In this document: positions 12,640 through 25,099 of the stretch, piece after piece | How the letters are laid out: each line of letters opens with the position of its first letter | Numbering within the stretch: the stretch's first letter is position 1 | Position numbers and translations under genes: made by a program | NCBI GenBank assembly: GCA_030390025.1 | Contig: CM059433.1 | Location: forward strand, 13,518,001-13,582,000 | Reading direction: 5' to 3' | Length of the DNA: 64,000 nt | From: Squalus acanthias | Taxonomy: Eukaryota | The notes under the pieces: generated by a model | Seen by the model: only the letters and a program-made list of their open reading frames with translations | Told to the model about the DNA's origin: nothing | Databases searched by the model: none

Positions 12640-13883
12640 CTACCCTTGTGAATCTACTTGTGTGTCATCTTTCTCTTGTGTGTGCTTTTACGAGGTGCTA
12701 CCCCTGTGGCTTCAGCAGAGGTAGAGGCAGCCTGCTCACTTCCCTGCTACGACTGCATAGACACTTTTGGCGGATGTCCTCTGGGTTTTGGAGCCTCTGA
12801 TGGCACCGCCAAAGTCTGCTCCTCCTGCAACTGTGCAGGAGCAGACTCGGCCACCGCTGTCCAAAGAGGCAACTGTGGCTCTGACTGAGGGGGTGGCAAT
12901 GGGGGAGAAGTGGGAGCACTTTAAGAGGAGCCCCCACTTCCACGTGCCCTCTCACCATCATCCCTCTCACGGGCCACCCGCACTTCCCTGCTAGCAAGGA
13001 GCTGGAGAGCACCTTGCTGCACATCAGTGGGGTCATGAGGACCCATGCCTACATTGACATCCCTCTTAGACAGGAGGTCTATGAGCCTCTGCCCTCTATT
13101 CTCCATAGATAGCCATCTATCCACCATAGAGACCATGTGCTCCTGTGAGTGGCGCATTAGCTGCTCCATGCAGGTGTCCACCCTATCCATGGAAGAGCCT
13201 ACAGTCGCCATCGCCTGCGACACGGTGGTGCTCATGTTGGAGATGGACTCCTCCATTCTCTGGACATTTGCAGGCATCGCGTTCACAAAACTTGTCAAAG
13301 CCTCCTGCACTTCTTGTTGCACCTCCAGGAACGCCCTCTTTCAGGATGGCCCCCGGGGCTCAGCGTCTGCATACAGCTGAGCAGAGCTGGGAGCATCCTG
13401 CGCCCTCCGGCGAGGACTCTCCAATGCTGTCCCTGTCTCCACCATCTGCTCTTGCTCACTTGTGAGTTGTGAGACACCAGGTGCTCTATCTCACATTGGA
13501 CCCACCGAGGTGTGCATTTCTGTGCTGGTGCTGGGAGTGCTTATGTCTGTTGACGGTGCGCCCTCAGAGGCTGGAGGCTCCTCTGAGGAGTCGTCTTCCT
13601 CTTCCTCCTGGACAGTGGGGGGCTCTTGATGGACCTGTGGGAGAGTAAAGAGATGAGTTAGATATGTCATATGGAGAATGGGTAGAGATACCGTTATGCA
13701 CATGATGACCATTAACTGGCTGCTGACATCAGTCCCCATATCAGTGACTGACGTATGCCATGTAGCTGTATGAGATGTAATTCCGTCACTAGGTTGCTGA
13801 GATGTCCCCCTCTCTCCGCCTCCCACCTCCAGCTGCTTGGCGACTCCTGAAACTTCTAAGGCTGCTGTTGTTAGGGTCGCCAA
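12640..13883 (-). pseudogene. Harbinger partner (Myb/SANT-type DNA-binding protein) gene remnant, C-terminal part; N-terminal domain apparently deleted
   Basis: Convergent to the transposase; acidic and helical segments (ORFs 13491-13883, 12921-13322); probable intron between about 13637 and 13780 (ctttactctcccacag acceptor on the minus strand). Confidence 0.6.
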
Positions 13884-14969
13884 TGATTTCAGGAGCGGGA
13901 TGGAATCACCAACGGGGTCGCGACCCTGCCACGGCGACCGCCCGCACCCGACCTGCCCAGGTAAACAAAATTCCGGCCATTGTCTTCGGCCCCCGCCACA
14001 ATCTCCTTTCGCTAGCCACCAAATCCATTCCTCTCCCTGGCAACTGTCTGAGGCTGAAACAGACTATTCGTAACCTTGGCTTCCTATTTGACTCTGAGCT
14101 GAGCTTCCATATCATTTCCATCACCAAGACTGCTTACTTCCAGCTCCATAACATCGCACGTCTCCGCCCCGCCTCCGCTCATCTGCTACTGAAAACCTCA
14201 TCCATGCCTTCGCTACTTCTAGGCTCGACTATTCTAACACTCTCCTGGCCAGCCTCCCATTTTGCACTCTCTGTAAACTTGAACTCATCCAAAACTCTGC
14301 TGCCCGTATCTTAACTCACACCAAGACCCGTTCACCTTGTGAAGCGCCTTGGGACATCTTACTACGTTAAAGGCGCTATATAATGCAAATTGTTGTTTTT
14401 TGTCACAAGCCTCTATGATTCTATGATTTAGACAATGTTGGACTGCTTTGACCTATGACATCACTACATCATGCCAGGAGCAAACAAGCCTGTCTAGTCT
14501 TATTTATCTGGAATACGATTATACTCTGCACCCACATCTTTCTAAGAAGCACTGCACATTATTTCCCCTGACATTTTTAAACACGTTTCTCTTAAGCTAT
14601 TCGGAATGATATCTCCCCCCAACTTCAGTAGTAAATTTACAGTGAAAGACTGCTTCTCAACCCACCTCATTTCAAATGAATTATTCCTCATTGGACTTGG
14701 AAATTACCTTGAATTTAGTTTTATTTCATAAAGTAGTATAATAAATTTGATATTGCGTGATCTATCAACGAATTTAAAATGTAAATGAATTCCTTGTACC
14801 AGTTATTATAGCTGATTCTACATGTATTTTGTTGTTTGAGTTGGTGAGGAGCCAAAAGCCAGGTACTAAAATATGTCAATAAATGATAATTAAACTGGAG
14901 AAATAACCAAGCTGCTCCTTACAAACTTGTGAAATGCTAGATGTGAAAATATTGAAGATACCGGCATCT

Positions 14970-15085
14970 TACCTTTCCTACATTACGACAGTGACTCCAC
15001 TTCAAAAGTACTTCATTGGCTGTAAAGCGCTTTGAGACGTCCGGTGGTCGTGAAAGGCGCTATAGAAATGCAAGTCTTTCTTTCT
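14970..15085 (+). mobile_element. SacSINE1-like 3' tail fragment
   Basis: Near-identical to the tail at 2010-2119. Confidence 0.8.
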
Positions 15086-16469
15086 TAGAGTCCAATGTAG
15101 AAAGGATAGATTGAGCAATATCATGCGTGAATATTAAAATTCATGTAAATTCATAATTTAATTTCATTCAATCAGATTAATTAAAAACATTTTTTAATTA
15201 ACCTGATAATATTTTTTAATTGCTATTGATATTTTCCGAGCAAGTCCTCTGGTCCAAAACTCTTATTTTCATGAACAATGAGAGAGAAGCAATTTTCCTC
15301 CAGAATGTCTGTAGCACTGACAATATTTAAGTTTTAAGTGAAGTTTTCAAACATGCGACTTCTGAAAAATACAATTGTATCCGTGGCAATGAAAAAGCAG
15401 GAGCCAATTATGACAGAATTGCAATGATTCTTTAACATTTCTTAGGCAGCCAATGAGCCACTTAACTGGTATATATGTCCAACTTTGCAACCTATGTGGG
15501 CCCGATTTTAACCATCAGCGGAGAATGGGCGGGTGGCGAGTGGAGTGGCTTTCTTGCTGGTGGGTGGCCTGAGCCATTTTGAAGCTCGGGCCTCAGTTAC
15601 ATTTTGCCAGTGAGCTGTGGGCCACTGTCAGAGCCTGGTTGAGAGAGGGATGCAATACCAGGTGGGGGGTGGGGGGCCCTCGGCTGGGCTGACATTGGCC
15701 CAGACTTTATGTTGTGGGCCTTCTGGTCTCACCAAAAGAAACAATTAGACATTTCCTTGGTGTTTTGTGAGTAGCCTCCAGTGGTCCCTTTGAAGACCAC
15801 TTGTTAGGCTGCTCCCTGCCCGACACTAATAGGCAGAGCATGTGCGACGCACGCTCCGCTTATTTATACCTGGAGATTGCACTAGGGGTCATCTGTACAT
15901 CATGGGAACCCAATTTGCAAATTACAAGGAGCCTCTTGTCTGAAACCGGTGGGCACTTTGGCTGCCTATGTCAGGACCCAACCCAAGATGGCAGTGACCA
16001 GGATGGCAGCGTAAAAGGCAGCCGCCAGAGCAGCAGCGTAAGCGGGCGGTAAGTGACCCGACTCCATTTTTTTTGGTATTATTTTTGTGGAACACCTGCT
16101 ACTTCTAGACCCACAAAAAGCCTCTTCGGCTCTTATCGCCAGAGAGAAACTGGTCAGAGAGTGCATTTTGCACTAGTTCTAACCTAAAATGGCAATTGGG
16201 GTCCTATGTATGTGATAAGATCGCATATTAACAGGCGCCCACTGCTGAAACAGGCAGGTGTTTCGGCCTGTCATTGGTAGGCCCCTGTCAAAGTGAAAGT
16301 GGGCCGATGGTCAGCGTTAACGTGGCGTTAAGTCTACTGAACCCATTTTGAAGCCATTACTGCCCCTTTAACGATAGCAAAATACTGCGGATGCTGGAAA
16401 TCCGAAATAACAACAGAAAACGCTGGAAAAACTCAGCAGGCCAGACAACATCCGTGGAGAGAGAAAGAG

Positions 16470-16506
16470 AGTTAACATTTCAGGTCGATGACCTTTCGTC
16501 AGAACT
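16470..16506 (-). ncRNA. Minimal hammerhead ribozyme motif (mutated copy, GAAAUGUU)
   Basis: Reverse complement reads agtt-CTGACGA-aaggtcatcgacct-GAAATGTT-aact. Confidence 0.6.
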
Positions 16507-16798
16507 GGAAAGAGCCGGAAATCAAATAGATTTAAGGCCAGGATAAAGCTGGGAAAAGGGGGAGGGGATAAAGGAACAAAAGGGGAGATAAAGAGACATT
16601 AAGAGACATTAAGAGATATGCAAGGCAAGGATTTCACACTTCTTTCAGCCTTAACCTGTCACATTAACACCTCCTCTTGCCTTGCATATCTCTTACTGTC
16701 TCTTAATGTCTCTTTATCTCCCCTTTTGTTCCTTTATCCCCTCCCCCTTTTCCCAGCTTTATCCTGGCCTTAAATCTATTTGATTTCCGGCTCTTTCC

Positions 16799-16835
16799 AG
16801 TTCTGACGAAAGGTCATCGACCTGAAACGTTAACT
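16799..16835 (+). ncRNA. Minimal (Penelope-type) hammerhead ribozyme motif
   Basis: agtt-CTGACGA-a-aggtc-atc-gacct-GAAACGTT-aact: stem I agtt/aact, stem II aggtc/gacct, palindromic ACGT in place of stem III. Confidence 0.75.
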
Positions 16836-17162
16836 CTCTTTCTCTCTCCATGGATGTTGTCTGGCCTGCTGAGTTTTTCCAGCGTTTTCTGTTGTTACTG
16901 CCCCTTTAACGCTGACTTTGGCAATAAAATCGGTCCCACTGTATGCTGCTATCACATAATGCACCTTCGTCCCACCAACCCCCCACAAGTGTATAAAGCG
17001 AGATTCACATGCAGACATAAGTTATGAGTTTAGATTAAAGAAAATTGGAGACATTTAATGATCAAAAAAGATATATATGTATGAAAAGATAACAGGGGAT
17101 ATTACTCTAAATGAGCCTATCGCAGGCGTTGATCTTTCTCCACTTTGTGAGACTATGCTAAG

Positions 17163-17708
17163 CAACAACAACTTGCATTTATATAGCACCTTTAACAAAG
17201 TTAAAAGTCCCAAGGTGCTTCACAGGAGTGTGATCAAACAAAATTTGACACCGAGCCACATAAGGCGATATTAGGACAGAAGAGGTAGGATTTAAGGAGC
17301 ATCTTAAAGGAGGAGAGAGAGGTAGCGAGGCGGAGAGGTTGAGGGAGGGAATTCCAGAGCTTTGGGCCCAGGGAGCTGAAGGCAAGGCCACCAATGCTAG
17401 GGCAAAGAAAATCAGGGATGTGCAAAAGGCTAGAATTTGAAGGAGCGCAGAGATCTTGAGGGTTGTAGTAGGGCTGGAAGGTTGGGGCCATGGAGGAATT
17501 TGAAAACAAGGCTGAGAATTTTAAAATTGAGGTGTTGCTGGACCGGGAGCCAATGTAGGCCAGTGCGCACAGATGTGATGGGTGAATGGGTCTTGGTGCG
17601 AGTTAGGATACGGGAAGCAGAGTTTTGGATGAGCTCAAGTTTATGGAGAGTGGAAGATGGGAGGCCGGCCAGGAGAGCGTTGGAATAGTCAAGCCTAGCG
17701 GTAACAAA
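17163..17708 (-). mobile_element. L2 LINE 3' fragment
   Basis: (CAA)n tail plus ttgcatttatatagcacctttaac; similar to 36683-37280. Confidence 0.85.
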
Positions 17709-18479
17709 CTAATTCCTGTAGTGCATTAATAAAATTATAAACAGGAAGATGGTAAGTAGTTTAGTGATAAATGGATAAAATATTAACCAACATTTGAAAA
17801 GTCCAGCAGTAAACAACTGGCAAATATAATTTCATTGTGGGTACTAATATTTGACCCAATGTAACAGAAACAATAGCTCTTCTTTATAACTTTCTCGCTA
17901 TTTTCTTTTTGTGATTTTTTTTGTGCATCAGGATGATGGTATCACAATGCAGGCCCTCTGCCAATTCTCTTCAGTCATGTTCACAGTAAATTGCTTTCCA
18001 CGAGCAAGCAGTTCCCTAGAGCTGTAACCTACAGTGTTCAAGGGTGTGCTGAACAGGAGTAGCATGCCTCAGGGTTAACAACCTGCCCTTTTATGGTAGA
18101 ATCGCGACTGGGATAGTCTATAGGGTTCCACTACGTTGCACATCATTTCTTAAAAAACCGAATAATATCAGCCATGAAAGACAATTTTTCATAACAGGCA
18201 AACCTACTAATATTTAACTATCTATAGATATACTTACAGGAGCAAGAGACACAGGAAAGGCATTACACAGCGCAATACTGAAGTAGAGGTCTGGAGATAG
18301 TTAACCAAACCTAGAGGTTAACCAAATAAACCAGTTCAACAAGTTTAATTGTCATTCTTTTTGCAGATATTGAGACAAAATGCTTCGTAGAAAGAAGTAT
18401 GCAATTTTTTTTCAAGGAGAAGGGAATACAGGTGCAATTAGGTATTTAAAAGCACCCTTGTGCATTCCCTTACTGAGTG

Positions 18480-19400
18480 TCTACAAAGCTAGGTGGGAAA
18501 GTAAGCTGTGAGGAGGACACAAAGAGCCTGCAAAGGGATATAGACAGGTTAAGTGAGTGGGCAATAAGGTGGCAGATGGAGTATAATGTGGGGAAATGTG
18601 AGGTTATTCACTTTGGTAGGAAGAATAGAAAAACAGAATATTTTTTAAATGGTGAGAAACTATTAAATGTTGGTCTTCAGAGAGATTTAGGTGTCTTCAT
18701 ACAGGAAACACAGAGAGTTAGCATGCAGTTACAGCAAGCAATCAGGAAGGCAAATGGCATGTTGGCCTTTATTGGAAGGGGGTTGGAGTACAAGAGTAAG
18801 GAAATCTTGGTACAATTGTACAGGGCTTTGGTGAGACCACACCTGGAGTATTGTGCACAGTTTTGGTCTCTTTATCTGAGGAAGGATACACTTGCCTTAA
18901 TGGTAGTGAAACAAAGGTTCACTAGATTTATTCCTGGGATGAGAGGGTTGTCCTATGAGGAGAGATTGAGTAGATTGGGCCTATACTCTCTGGAGTTTAG
19001 AAGAATAAGAGGTGATCTCATTTAAACATGTAAGATTCTGAGGGAGATTGACAGAATAGATGCTGAGAGGTTGTTTCCCCTGGCTGGCAAGTCTAGAACT
19101 AAGGGACATCATCTCAGGATAAGGGGTCGGCCACTTAAGACTGAGATGAGGAGGAATTTCCTCACTCAGATGGTTGTGAATCTTTGGAATTCTCTACTCC
19201 AAAGGGCTGTGGATGCTCAGTCATTATGTATATTCAAGGCTGAGATAGATAGATTTTTGGACTTTGGGGAATCAAGTGATATGGAGATCGGGCAGGAGAA
19301 TGGAGTTGAGGTTGAAGATCAGCCAGAATCTTATTGAATGGTGAGCAGGTTCGAGGGGCCGTGTGGCCTACTCCTGCTCCTAATTCTTATGTTCTTATGT
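18480..19400 (+). mobile_element. CR1 LINE 3' fragment
   Basis: ORFs 18477-19025 and 19071-19337 (WQMEYNVGKCEVIHFG, RPHLEYCAQFW); tail ttcttatgttcttatg. Confidence 0.9.
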
Positions 19401-19643
19401 CTTGCATGTGCCTTTGCCTATCCTAGTGCTCCTACGCAGTGCTACCCCAGTGGCTGCAGCATGGCTGGTGGAAGGCTTCTGATTTTCAGTGGGGAGAGTG
19501 CAGACGGCCTTGCAGGATGACCTCGAGGTGCTGGTGGCTGGGAGTGTGAAATAGAGTGAAGGAGTTTCTTCTTCTTCTTCTTCCTCACTCTCTTCTCCCT
19601 CTTCTTGTTCAACCATTGGCTGGACAGGTTGGATTTCTTGGGT

Positions 19644-22493
19644 AAATGCCATGCGCCGCCACATGAACACTCTCGACCTCTCTCTTCAGCAGTACTGATG
19701 CACTCTATCTCAAAGCTGTCCTGGTCCACAGTTCCATTTCATCCTTCGCCTCATCCGACTTTCAACAAAAAACTTTTTTTCTTCCTTTCAGATGTCAAGG
19801 ATCGCAAGCTTCATCAACTCTTGGACACCAATGCCCCTTTGGAACCTTCTTCCCCTTCACTTTCCTCTGACCCCATCCCTTCTTTCAATCTCACCCCCTG
19901 CCGTGTTTTCACTATCCCTGCTAACCTTCCCCTCTCTGACCCCGAATGATCAGTCCTTATCAAAGACCTGAGCTTTATCCCTTATGCCCCCATCTCAATT
20001 AATTTCAAGCCTGGCATGATGCCGAGCTCTTTTTCCCATCGCCTTCATCTCCATGCCCACTTCTTTGGCCAGGAGTCTTGCCCCCGCACAGCAGACCCTT
20101 TCTCCTGCTCTCAGAATTCTCCTTCTACCTGGACCCCTCCCTCTGGCCTCCTACCCTCTCTAGATCTTTTCATTGTTAACTGCCGGCGGGACATCGGCCG
20201 TCTCAATTTCTCTGCTCTCCTCACTTACTCCAACCTACCTCCCTCTGAACTTGCAGCACTCAGTTCTCTCCGATCCAACCCTAACATTGTCATTAAACCT
20301 GCCGACAAGGGTGGTGCTGTTGTTGTTTGGTGAACCGACCTCTACCGTGCGGAGGCTGAACGCCAACTCTTTGACACTTCCTCTTACCTCCCCCTGGACC
20401 ATGACCCCACTACCAAACATCAAGCAATCGTTTCCAAGACTGTCACTGACCTCATCTCCTCTGGAGATCTTCCCTCCACGGCCGCCAATCTCATAGTTTC
20501 TCAATCCCGCACAGCCCGCTTCCACCTCCTTCCCAAGATCCACAAACAGGGCTGCCCTGGTAGACTCATCGTTTCAGCCTGTTCTTGCCCCACGGAACTG
20601 ATTTCTTCCTATCTCGACTCTTTTTTCTCCCCTTGTCCAGTCTCTTCCCACCTACATTTGCGACTCTTCCGACGCCCTCCGCCACTTTAACAGTTTCCTG
20701 GCCCCAACCGTCTCCTTTTCACCATGGACGTCCAATCCCTCTACACCTCCATCCCCCACCAGGATGGCCTGAGGGCGCTCCGCTTCTTCCTTGAACAGAG
20801 GCCCAACCAGTCCTCATCCACCAGCACCCTCCTCCGCCTGGCTGAACTTGTTCTCACATTGAACAACCTCTCCTTTGACTCCACTCACTTCCTCCAAATT
20901 AAAGGCGTTGCTATGGGAACCCGCATGGGTCCTAGCTATGCCTGCCTTTTTGTGGGAACTGTGGAACATTCTTTGTTCCAGTCCTGCTCAGGTCCCCTCC
21001 CTCACCTCTTTTTCCGGTACATTGATAACTGTATTGGTGCCGTTTCCTGCTCTCGCCCTGAACTAGAAAATTTCACTCACTTTGCTTCCAATTTCCACCC
21101 TTCCCTCACCTTCTCATGGTCCATCTTTGACTCTTCCCTTCCCTTCCTCGACTTCTCTGTCTCCATTTCTGGGGATAGGCTATCGACAAACATCCACTAT
21201 AAGCTCACAGACTCCCACAGCAACCTGGACTACACTTCCTCCCACCCCGCTTTCTGTAAGGACTCTATTCCATTCTCCCAGTTTCTCCGTCTCCGCCGCA
21301 TCTGTTCTGACGATGCCACATTCTATATTAGTGCTTCTGATATGTCTTCCTTTTTCCTTAACCGAGGATTCCCCTCTACCATAGTTGACATGGCCCTCAA
21401 CCATGTCTGTTCCATTTCCCGCACTTCTGCTCTCACCCCTTCCCTTCCCTCCCAGAACCACGTTAGGGTTCCCCTTGTCCTCACCTTTCACCCCATCAGC
21501 ATCCACATTCAATGGATCATCCTCCACTATTTCAGCCACCTCCAGCGTGATCCCACCACATCTTCCCCTCGCCCACCCCCCCTTTCAGCATTCTGAAGGG
21601 ACAACTCCCTCTGTGACACCCTGGTCAACTCCTCAATCACCCCCAACAGCCCCTCCACTCCCCACGGTACCTTCCCATGCAAGCGCAGGAGATGCAACAC
21701 CTGCCCTTTTATCTCCTCCCTTCCTACTGTCCAGGGCCCCAAACACTCCTTCCAGGTGTAACAGCGATTTACTTGTACTTCCTGCAATTTAGCATACTGT
21801 ATTCGCTGCTCACGATGCGGTCTCCTCTACATTGGGGAGACCAAACGCAGATTGGGTGATCGCTTTGTGGAACACCTCCTTTCAGTCCGTAAGCGTGACC
21901 CTGAGCTTCCGGTTGCCTGTCACTTTAATTCTCCGCTTCACTCCCACTCTGATCTCTCTGTCCTTGGCCTCTTACACTGTTCAATGAAGCTCAACGTAAT
22001 CTCGAGGAACAGCACCTCATCTTTTGATTAGGCACTTTACAGCCTTCTGGACTCAACATCGAGTTCAACAATTTCAGACAATAACCTCTGCCCCAATATT
22101 TTTTTTTTCTTTTTTCCCTTTTTTCTCACATGATAGCTGTTGATGATTCTGCCATTGCCATTTACACTTCATCTAGAGTCATCTTTTGTTTCTTAACTTG
22201 TCCCATTACCATCTAATTTTGCCTTGCACCATCATCCCTTTTGTCTTTTAATCTCTCCTACCTTCCAGCTTATCACAGACCTTCCCTTTGTTCTTTCCTC
22301 CCCTCCTCCCAGTCTCTGCCCCACACTTGCTTAAAAATCTGTTACTTCTCTAAACTTTTCCAATTCTGACGAAGGGTCACAGACCTGAAACGTTAACTCT
22401 GTTTCTCTCTCCATGGATGCTGCCTGGCCTGCTGAGTGTTTCCAGCATTTTCTCTTGTTATTTCAGATTTCCAGCATCTGCAGTATTTTGCTA
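19644..22493 (+). mobile_element. Penelope-like element (RT + GIY-YIG endonuclease), 5'-truncated and degenerate (family P1)
   Basis: IKPADKGGAVVVW, MDVQSLYTSIP, GVAMGTRMGPSYA and FRYIDN; YCIRCSRCGLLYIGETKR at about 21790-21850; 15-bp TSD TTGGATTTCTTGGGT (19629-19643 and 22494-22508). Confidence 0.93.
22362..22398 (+). ncRNA. Minimal hammerhead ribozyme motif in the Penelope 3' end
   Basis: aatt-CTGACGA-a-gggtc-aca-gacct-GAAACGTT-aact. Confidence 0.7.
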
Positions 22494-23654
22494 TTGGATT
22501 TCTTGGGTGTCTGAAATGAGGAAGGTGCAAGTGTAGGGTTGTGGTGAGGGGAGGCGGGGGGCAAGCAAGAGGTGCAGCTTGTAAATCCAAAGATATTGTG
22601 GAATGAGGGGAAGTGGGATGTGAGTAGAAGGATAAAGTATGGGGATACCGGCATCATGTATTCTTTCAGACCCACTGCTGGCCAAGGGCTCAGCCATGCC
22701 ACTGCCAAGAATGGCCAGCACCGCCTCCTCCATGTGGGTGAGGTGAAGCTAGGAATGTGAGGTGTGCCTCATGTTTAGTGGAGATTGTTGGTAGGTGAGT
22801 GATGTGGGGGCTGGGGGGGTGGTGGTGGGGGGGTCATGCATTGAGCAGTGTGTGAGGCTAGTGGTGCAGTTGGTAGGAGACGGCTTTTGAAGATGCATTC
22901 ATTGTCCTTGACCACTCGTCTGAGGTCATGAAACTTCTTTGGGTACTGGAGCCATGTTCTGGGGGGGCGACACCACTAACAGTGACTGCCTCTGTGATCT
23001 GGTCCCACATCCTTCTTTCTGTGGGTAGAGGACCTCTCTTCCCGTGTTCACCCCCTGCACAAAGCACGAGTGCTGTGTCCGAGACCCTGGGAGCCCTTTC
23101 CCTGGCCTGTTGAGCCAGTTGGGTTAGTGCTGGAGAACTTTCAACCATTTTGATCACTAGAAGGCAGCTCACCTTTAAGAGGTGTAGACTGCCTTTAAGG
23201 GGTGCAGGCTAGCTTTAAATAAAGCTTGCCTTGCTTGAACATCGAGAACTTCGGCCCCCTGCTGAGCACACAGCCTGTCAGCAGATTGTTCAGCGCTAGG
23301 CTGTGCGTTACAATCATCTAAAGTAGCAGGCAACACAAATTTGACGAGCTGCCTGAACTCCTTTCAATGGGTGTGGGCAGATAGCGCATCGCGGTGTCCG
23401 CGCCCGTTTCTGAGCTTGATCGAATTTCACACCCTGTGCATTGCTGCCTCAAGGTGGTGCCAGAACTCAATGAACAACGCACATTGCAGCAGCAAATTTC
23501 TCTGCGTTGAAATTCAATGCTTCAGCCACTATGTTTGAAAGAATACAAACAAAATCAAGATTTTAACTGTGCCGTAAAATTAATCTTGATGTTTGCTCAG
23601 AGCTTTTAGTAGAAATCCAAATTATAGATTAGCAATTGTAGCTTAGGAGAGAGA

Positions 23655-23860
23655 GAAAATGAATCAACCAGGATTCTGGTTGCTGGTCCTAGCAAGAAGT
23701 GTACAGTTGTGACAGAACTCTGTTTAGTTGTGACTGACACCACTGTCAACTAATCCATCAATGGTCACTATCCAGGCTTAGATAATGGCAGCCACTGGGC
23801 CTGTGGAACTGCGTCCAAACACAAGTTACTCCATTCAGGAAAGAAGAGTTAAGATGGAAA
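23655..23860 (+). mobile_element. LF-SINE-like remnant (3' part)
   Basis: Resembles the recalled LF-SINE body (aatcaaccaggattc..., cactatccaggct..aatggc, tggaactg..ttcaggaaag). Confidence 0.5.
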
Positions 23861-23944
23861 ACAAAACATGACAAGGACAGAGCAGGACAAAAAATTTGGA
23901 CAAGAAAAAACGACACAAATAATTCCCATCCTCTTTTTAATGCT

Positions 23945-24618
23945 AATTTTCACCAACCCTCTCCTGAAGATGTCAACGCTTTGTTTGGATATTCTTTGAT
24001 GAGCACGAGTCACACCCAACCCCCTCCCTATATCTCACTCAAGTGGCCATTATTCACGTATAAACGAGCGATTCAACCATGTACCCACATTGCACCAGTC
24101 AATGCACTTCTCAGTAATTTGTTGTATGAATTGCCTTGGGATGTTTCGGAGAGACACAATGCAGTGCTCTATAAACCTGCCTTCCTTCTCCTGTTGTCAA
24201 CAAGCAAGTTCAAGCAGGAGATTGGTATCCCTGCAATCTTTTTCACTCCCTAATCCCAGATCAATGATAGCACCTGACATGAATCTTGTCATTCATGTGG
24301 AAATGACTTATGAAGTAATACTGGGCGGCCTGCTGGTGGCGCTGTCCAGGGAGAGTATAAATACTCGGGCACGGGCCCAGCTTGCTCAGGACATTCCTCA
24401 ACAGGAACTAGTGAAGGACACAACTAGACCTACATGTTGTAAAACAGTTGATTAAAGCTTTGTTTAACGCTTAGACCAAGTGCCTAGTAGTTTTCTTACG
24501 TCAGCACCCATACTGCCAGCCTGTCTGAGATCAGCACTGGCCAGAGGTTGAATCTAGGACCTGCTCTTGTTTGTGTGGCTGAGTTAAACACTGGTTCAAC
24601 TCACTGAGCCGTTGGGGA
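23945..24618 (-). mobile_element. LF-SINE-like remnant interrupted by a solo LTR
   Basis: Minus-strand tRNA-like head ggctcagtgag...ggtcctagattcaacc...gctgatctcag; 3' part caagtggccattattca and ctctcctgaag. Confidence 0.55.
24275..24503 (+). mobile_element. Solo LTR, 229-bp family copy 2
   Basis: TGAC...GTCA termini, TSD GCACC, internal TATAAA and ATTAAA. Confidence 0.9.
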
Positions 24619-25099
24619 AACCAATGATACCTATCCCTTTGGGGGAAAAAAAAATATCTAAAGGTTAAAAAAACTCCATAAACTGGGAGTTTATAAACAA
24701 TTTAGTAAAATTATTTTTCCTGAAGAGGGAAATATGCCCTAAACTGAAATCACTTTTATTTTCTATACAGTGTATTCAGAAGTAAATGACATTATGTTTT
24801 TTGTTGTCTGCATTGATGATGCGCTACTTGCTGACTGCACATTACCAGGACTATTAACCGCTGGCATTAAAAGTAGATGAGATTAGTCAGATCAATTTCT
24901 TGGTTCTCATTAACATCCGTGTGATTAATTACACTTGTTCTACGCAGGATGTTACAGCCAAGTACTGAATGAACATTAGCTGGAACATTACAAATGGGCC
25001 AGAAATTGAGATGAATAATTTCAGGAAGGTTAAAAAAAAAGTCATTCACTTCAGGTACATTGATGCATCAGCCCGTATAGAATCGGCACAGTTTTTTAA

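Larger units (their letters stand above)
10606..13978. mobile_element. Near-full-length PIF/Harbinger transposon (about 3.4 kb) with two convergent genes
   Basis: TIRs GGCCGAAATTTT...AAAATTCCGGCC; flanks AAT/ATT; inserted in L2 RT (gactgaa|attgtcttcgg). Confidence 0.9.
4340..14397 (+). mobile_element. L2 LINE (endonuclease through RT to 3' end) split by four younger insertions
   Basis: EN motifs LQNACSL and TLTETWL (4480-4580); RT motifs LLDLSAAFDTVD, GVPQGSILGPLLFLIY and YADDTQLY (10200-10500); 3' tail aaaggcgctatataatgcaaattgttg at about 14390; collinear across the insertions. Confidence 0.88.
16374..16894. mobile_element. Penelope-like element 3'-end fold-back insertion (family P1)
   Basis: About 222-bp inverted arms (16408-16629 and 16676-16897); 17-bp TSD TTACTGCCCCTTTAACG (16357-16373 and 16895-16911); homologous to the 3' end of the Penelope at 22360-22493. 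Confidence 0.88.
15498..16937. mobile_element. Harbinger MITE hosting a Penelope hairpin insertion
   Basis: TIRs GGGCCCGATTTTA...TAAAATCGGTCCC. Confidence 0.72.
19400..23434 (-). mobile_element. Harbinger remnant carrying a Myb/SANT-like gene, interrupted by Penelope
   Basis: RERAPRVSDTAL..RRMWDQITEAVTVSG (22858-23172); homologous to 49230-50060; right terminus gaatttcacaccc. Confidence 0.72.
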
